Shown here one piece after another: positions 59,212 to 64,000 of a stretch of DNA of 64,000 bases. This stretch comes from Alphaproteobacteria bacterium. GTDB lineage: Bacteria; Pseudomonadota; Alphaproteobacteria; MPNO01; UBA830. The notes beneath the pieces were generated by a model, which saw only the letters and a list, made by a program, of their open reading frames with translations, searched no databases and was not told the origin of the DNA. The stretch's first letter is position 1; every line of letters starts with the position of its first letter. The DNA lies in contig OZ251539.1 of NCBI GenBank assembly GCA_965243135.1, forward strand, positions 3,872,001 to 3,936,000, written 5' to 3'. Both the position numbers and the translations under genes were made by a program.

Positions 59212-59535
59212 TCAACCCTGACAGCGCGGCGCCAGCTCAGCAGGCAGCTTCACACGCCTCGGACGCCGGCCCGCGCCAAGCCCACGGTCAACCGCGAGCC
59301 AGTCGCTTCGGCGCAGGGTGGCGAACGACGGCGATACCCGACCACCCTCCAGCCGCACGATCATGGACCGGATCGTGCCGGCTCGCCGGGCAACTTTCAC
59401 CTGCGTCAGCTTCGCCGCCGCACGGGCGCGAACCAGCGCCTCGATCAGCGCGCACTCTTCGCCGACCCGCTTGCATTCCTGACGGAATTCCAAGTTTTTC
59501 ACAAAACGATACTTCAATGGCTTCAGTTTCATCAT
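59212..59535 (-). pseudogene. HigA-like XRE antitoxin, degenerate
   Basis: ALVRARAAAKLTQ.KVARRAGT...RLEGGRVSPSFATLRR. Confidence 0.65.
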
Positions 59536-59627
59536 GACGTCACCTGTCTTATTCGTTCCCCGGAAGCCGCAAGCGTCCGGCGCAGCGTCGTGCGCCACTT
59601 CTTCGCAAAGATGTGCAAAATAACCAC
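59532..59627 (-). pseudogene. C-terminal remnant of HigB/RelE (Gp49-like) toxin
   Basis: Translates VVILHIFAKKWRTTLRRTLAASGERIRQVTS*, with ATGA overlap to the antitoxin. Confidence 0.6.
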
Positions 59628-59736
59628 TCATCATAACAAAGTTGCCCTCAGCGGGTTCTGAAGCAAACTGCCTTATACGAGGACCGAGTTTGAAGCCCAT
59701 AGAATAGCGTATCCTCTTCTGCTGATTGCGTAGAAC

Positions 59737-62700
59737 TCAACCGCGAAATTGAGACCTTCTTATCCGTGCTTCCACCTGTTCTATAAGAGCGGAGCGAATA
59801 GATTCTAATTCATTAGAAAAATTAAAATACCGGCCGATTATTTCGTCAATAAACAGATGTTCTTCCGTAAAAATCTCTTGATTTATAGGCAACGGATCTC
59901 TTTTCGAAAGAGCCTGAAATACTTCCTTTGCCTCTGCTGCGAAATCAAATTCATAAGACATTGGTAACCTCTTCATATCTGTCGCCTCTGCTTTGAGCAA
60001 CCCTCCACCTAGATTCTTTCGTCCTGTAATTTCTCGAAAAAGATAAACAAAAGATGAATTAAAATACACCCAAATACAATAATGTAAATCAGACCCCCAT
60101 AAATCATCTGGAAGATAAAATTCTACTGCGCTAAATGATAAGGCTTTACAACTGTTAAATGAGCAATAATATCGATCCCCTACCCCTCTAGGCATTACGA
60201 GCGCAGGAGGACGCCTAGTTTTTGGTACATAATCTCGATTTATTTTACCGTCAGGTCGATCAACAACAAACTGAATGGCTTTGAAAATGACCCCCAAGGT
60301 TCCTCCGGGTTCATCCAATTTGGATTTCGGCACATTGATACCTTGCCCAAACCGGATTTGATTAGCTTGGTTCGTTATACTCGATTTATGATCTACAGAA
60401 ACCATGCTCAATATTCGATCAAACACCTCCGGCATGGAGAACTGATGACCCCATTTGACTCCCGCTTTCGTTCTGTACGTTCGTTTTTCTCTGAGAACCA
60501 TATCGGTATCAGCTGTCGCATGTTCAATGGACAAAATCGCTTTCCTCGTAAACAAAGAAATAATGGCATTAATGTTCGGTCCTTCGGGATCCGAAAAAAA
60601 TTTCGCCGAGGTATCAATAATTCGGAAAAATGAAAACCTTCCCTCGGTGAAAGATTGGAACTCCAATCCATAGTCTGTATTGAGCCAAGCATTCTGAGTA
60701 ATGAAACATCCTACCCCACCTTCTTTTTGCAGAAATACTGCGCTTCTAGCATAAAAATAAATGAGAAGATCACTACCACGAGGAAGTGTTCTGCCCCAAT
60801 CAACCTCCAATTGACTTCCGTAAGCTGTTTTAGCTTGTTCCGACACTAAACTATTTCTCGCCTCAACATAAGGTGGGTTACCAATTACAACATCAAAACC
60901 GCCAGAGATTCCAAACATCCATTCGGAATCGAACCAATCTGCATGGGCATTCTGGTCGTAAGGATTCCATTCTGTAACCTTACATGCTTCGTCGAACGTT
61001 CGGTCATATTTTGTTTTACGTGCGTCAAATTTCTCAAATTTTATTTTTCGAAATTTTTCACGTGTTTCCGTATTTGGCAATGATTCTGCCATATCTTCAA
61101 TTTCTTTTTTTTGGGACAGATCCCACTGGCAGCGCTCGATTTCCAATTTCTCTAGTAATTCGTTTCGAACGCGTGTTTCCTCCCTGATGCTATCGATTTT
61201 TTTATTCCGACTATCGGCGAGAAAGTAGCGTCCACGCACCGCGGCTAGTTCTTTTCTTTTTAACGTTACTCCATTATCAATGAGCAAAGAATCGGTATCT
61301 GCTTTCAGACCAATCAATGTATTCGCAGCGATAAACCGAGTTTCCAGATTGGGAAGCGGACGGATACCCAGATTGGGTGCGTCTGGGTTCGCCTCCTGCT
61401 CAATGGCAAGTGAGATGAAAAAACGCAATTTGGCGATTTGGCACGCAATTGGCTGGATGTCCACTCCATAGATACAGTTCTGGATGAGATAGAGTTTGCG
61501 CCCGTAATCAGTCTGTCGATACCTATCGAAAGTGTCGCCGATTTCGCGAAGCTCTTGGTCACGCAGTTGCCGATCTTGGTTTTCGAATGCATCACCTGCC
61601 CGCTTTATCGCTAGTTCCTTTTGGAGTGTTTCCCAAAGTGCGTTTTCCGGGTCAAGTCGACGTAGAGCTAGTGTGAGTGTTTGTAAAACTCCCATCGGAA
61701 AGGCACCAGAGCCTACTGCCGGGTCGAGCACCCTGAGATCGGCGATCGCTGCGATTATCGTTCGTTTCTCTCTTTCAGTGAAATCTTTGACGGTAGCATG
61801 GGAATGGTCGAGAAGATCTAGCAGATTCTTACGCCAATACGCTGTGCCGCCGCCCGCAGATCTGCATTTCGCGGACAAAGTCTCCGCTAGCGTCTCCCGG
61901 ATCATGTAGTTCACTACCGCCCGCGGTGTGTAATATGAACCGGTTGATTTGCGGGCCGTATCGCGAGTTTCTGGGTTGTACGCTGCAAGAAGATTCTCGA
62001 AAACGCGGCCCAGCAATTCTGGATCGAGGGCTACCTCCTGATCGAGAGGCGTATTTTCCTCGACGGTAAATTTGTAACTGTGAAACAGGGAAAATAGGCC
62101 GTTGTCCTTGTCGAAAAACAGACGCGCCGGGATTTCGATCTCCCATTCCTCTTCGGCGTAATCGTCGATGCGTCTCCCTGGCTTGTCTAAACAATCGAAC
62201 AGACCGCCGTTGACGAAGGGAATGCTACTCAACATCGCGACGAAGCGCTTCGGTTCGGCCAGTAGATCGCGATACAGGTATCGTTCTCCAGTGGAAATTT
62301 CTGGAGAAGCGGACCGAGATTCCTGAAAGCCGCGCTTGCCAATCTCCGCGTTCAAGGTGGCGAAGAATAAATTCTGAAGAACGGCGCGGTAATAATCGGT
62401 ACTATCCGGCGCATGTTCTCGCAAGATGCTTCGTGCGAAGCTTTCCTCGAACAACTCCGGCGGCACCAAGCCCTTTTCCTTTAGAAACCAGATGAACAGA
62501 AAGCGCGTGATCAGGCGAATGACGTACCGCTCTTCGCTTCCAGCCCCTGCGCCATCGTCTGGGAAGGTACATTCGCGAACAGCTCGCTGGAACCATTCGA
62601 AGAGCTCTCTGTAGAAGTTACGATTCAACCTTTCGATATCGAGCGCAGTCTCCCACGCGGCATGCAAATCGTCGAAGTTGCGGATATTATTCAGTCTGGT

Positions 62701-63267
62701 GAGTGCGAGATCGGCAAGAATTTCGACATGTGCACGGTGCGGGCCTTCGAAACGGATATCCTTGACGAGCGTGATCCTTTCCAACACGTCCCGACTAGCG
62801 TCCCGCTTATTCGGACGACGGTGCACCACGGCGAGGGTCAAGGTCGAACCGTGGCGAAAAAGAAGAATGACGGGCATCGGGAACCGGCGGTTGACGGTCC
62901 GGGTTATGTCGATCAGGCGGGCTCGGGCGTAGGTTTTGCTGTCCATGTCAAATGCGAGGAATAGGAAAGACTCCATGCGTCCGTCATCGAAGCCCGATCT
63001 GTCGAACAGGCCGGGCGACGTAGTGATCTCGTCGACAGTGAACTGAAACACGATTTCGACGTTTCGCACGCTGTCGAACAGCGCGCGTTGCTGGTCGGTG
63101 AGCTGTTCCCCACCGCTCTCAAGTAGTGCTACGAACTGATCGACGCTTCCAACCTCTGCCATTCTCTCGCTGCAATAGCCGAGCGCACCGAAAAGCTCGA
63201 CCGCGCAATTCCGCAGCAGCCCTCCGCCGGCAAATCCAGACAACGCTTCGACGAGGGCTTCACGCAT
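59737..63267 (-). CDS. type IIG (Eco57I-like) restriction-modification enzyme, N6-adenine MTase
   Basis: GSYYTP, LDPAVGSGAF (motif I), VIGNPPY (motif IV); C-terminal TRD region. Confidence 0.9.
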   Translation of the reverse strand: MREALVEALSGFAGGGLLRNCAVELFGALGYCSERMAEVGSVDQFVALLESGGEQLTDQQRALFDSVRNVEIVFQFTVDEITTSPGLFDRSGFDDGRMESFLFLAFDMDSKTYARARLIDITRTVNRRFPMPVILLFRHGSTLTLAVVHRRPNKRDASRDVLERITLVKDIRFEGPHRAHVEILADLALTRLNNIRNFDDLHAAWETALDIERLNRNFYRELFEWFQRAVRECTFPDDGAGAGSEERYVIRLITRFLFIWFLKEKGLVPPELFEESFARSILREHAPDSTDYYRAVLQNLFFATLNAEIGKRGFQESRSASPEISTGERYLYRDLLAEPKRFVAMLSSIPFVNGGLFDCLDKPGRRIDDYAEEEWEIEIPARLFFDKDNGLFSLFHSYKFTVEENTPLDQEVALDPELLGRVFENLLAAYNPETRDTARKSTGSYYTPRAVVNYMIRETLAETLSAKCRSAGGGTAYWRKNLLDLLDHSHATVKDFTEREKRTIIAAIADLRVLDPAVGSGAFPMGVLQTLTLALRRLDPENALWETLQKELAIKRAGDAFENQDRQLRDQELREIGDTFDRYRQTDYGRKLYLIQNCIYGVDIQPIACQIAKLRFFISLAIEQEANPDAPNLGIRPLPNLETRFIAANTLIGLKADTDSLLIDNGVTLKRKELAAVRGRYFLADSRNKKIDSIREETRVRNELLEKLEIERCQWDLSQKKEIEDMAESLPNTETREKFRKIKFEKFDARKTKYDRTFDEACKVTEWNPYDQNAHADWFDSEWMFGISGGFDVVIGNPPYVEARNSLVSEQAKTAYGSQLEVDWGRTLPRGSDLLIYFYARSAVFLQKEGGVGCFITQNAWLNTDYGLEFQSFTEGRFSFFRIIDTSAKFFSDPEGPNINAIISLFTRKAILSIEHATADTDMVLREKRTYRTKAGVKWGHQFSMPEVFDRILSMVSVDHKSSITNQANQIRFGQGINVPKSKLDEPGGTLGVIFKAIQFVVDRPDGKINRDYVPKTRRPPALVMPRGVGDRYYCSFNSCKALSFSAVEFYLPDDLWGSDLHYCIWVYFNSSFVYLFREITGRKNLGGGLLKAEATDMKRLPMSYEFDFAAEAKEVFQALSKRDPLPINQEIFTEEHLFIDEIIGRYFNFSNELESIRSALIEQVEARIRRSQFRG

Positions 63268-64000
63268 TGCGGATTACCAACCAAGTGACCAGTTCAAAGC
63301 TGTCGTGCTCCGACTTCCGGGTGAGCCTCGCGCCCCGTTGTTGGCTGACCAATTGTCCCAATTCGGCGTTCCGAAGCGTACCGGCAATGTCTCGCAGAGC
63401 AGCATCCAGCAACCTATCGTATTTCTCCATGCGCTGTCCCTGTCCGGTCTCCTCGTCGAAGGCGTCCTCCAGAACCTGCACAGGATTCGAACGTCCTACC
63501 GCAATCGTCTGAAACAACGCGAGGCACTGTTGCGCCTGTCGAAAGGTATAGCGCACGCTTCCGTCGTCGTGAACGTAAACGAGGAAATACGGTTGCAAGC
63601 GGTTCGGGGTACGCTCGTCCGAATCGGTCTTCTGCTTGAGGCAGAAAATCACTCCGGGATGAACGCCGTCATCAGCTCCGGCGACAGCATAGATGCCGAA
63701 TGGCGCAGCCTCGAGCTCCTTACGATGAATGTATTGCCGGAGGTCGGCGATGAAGTCGTCGAGCGTAAGGTCGCTCATCGCAACGCCGTCCTCTTCGAAA
63801 TCGAGAATTTCGTCGCGTAGACGCTTCAACTGCTCGTCGCGAAACGCCAGCTCCATCTGCGCGGACTCGCCTGCGTCCAACAAATCGTCGGCGCCGGTCG
63901 CCGCCGCGTCGGCAAGGGCCATTCGCGCCTCGACACGGTTCTTAAGATCAAGGTAGCGGTCGAGATCCTGGGTCGGCCAGAAATTGACCATACCGACTTG
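63260..64000 (-). CDS. C-terminus of SNF2-like helicase associated with type IIG R-M (partial, runs off window)
   Basis: VNFWPT.DLDRYL.LK.RVEARM and terminal FELVTWLVI, typical of helicases preceding this MTase class; overlaps MTase start. Confidence 0.72.
   Translation of the reverse strand, partial: QVGMVNFWPTQDLDRYLDLKNRVEARMALADAAATGADDLLDAGESAQMELAFRDEQLKRLRDEILDFEEDGVAMSDLTLDDFIADLRQYIHRKELEAAPFGIYAVAGADDGVHPGVIFCLKQKTDSDERTPNRLQPYFLVYVHDDGSVRYTFRQAQQCLALFQTIAVGRSNPVQVLEDAFDEETGQGQRMEKYDRLLDAALRDIAGTLRNAELGQLVSQQRGARLTRKSEHDSFELVTWLVIRNA

Noticed and set aside
59737-64000. BREX or DISARM assignment for the helicase-MTase pair
   Set aside because: No pglZ/brxC/drm genes visible; the upstream part lies outside the window, so only type IIG plus helicase can be supported

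Overview
GC-rich alphaproteobacterial chromosome segment, Rhodospirillales-like by gene content (inference). Conserved housekeeping blocks are ffs-dnaX-ybaB-recR, nudC, pheA-kdsB/cycM, hisN-yejA1A2BEF, MarR, ibpA, an M17 aminopeptidase and tRNA-Pro(CGG). These alternate with catabolic genes (SDRs, CaiB, enoyl-CoA hydratase, PaaK-like ligase, lone Mo-hydroxylase large subunit, hydantoinase A/B) and many small accessory insertions. The main candidate for an undescribed system is an AT-rich four-gene operon at 32971-36673 (-): unknown helical protein, long QatC-like QueC enzyme, HTH-ImmA/IrrE peptidase and PIN nuclease. It looks like a QueC protein-modification module coupled to a peptidase/PIN toxin-antitoxin-like pair, without the QatA/QatD genes of Qat. 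Other notable signals are three old, diverged direct duplications anchored in gene 3' ends with no integrase nearby; a 134-bp higher-order repeat built from phased 10-mers; palindromic operators in front of AAA_14-DUF4143 genes; an M17 peptidase fused to an ATL/MGMT-like HTH domain; a fresh IS with 9-bp target duplication splitting hydantoinase A; and a helicase-linked type IIG R-M gene with an AT-rich specificity region. All family assignments come from motif recognition by eye, not database searches.
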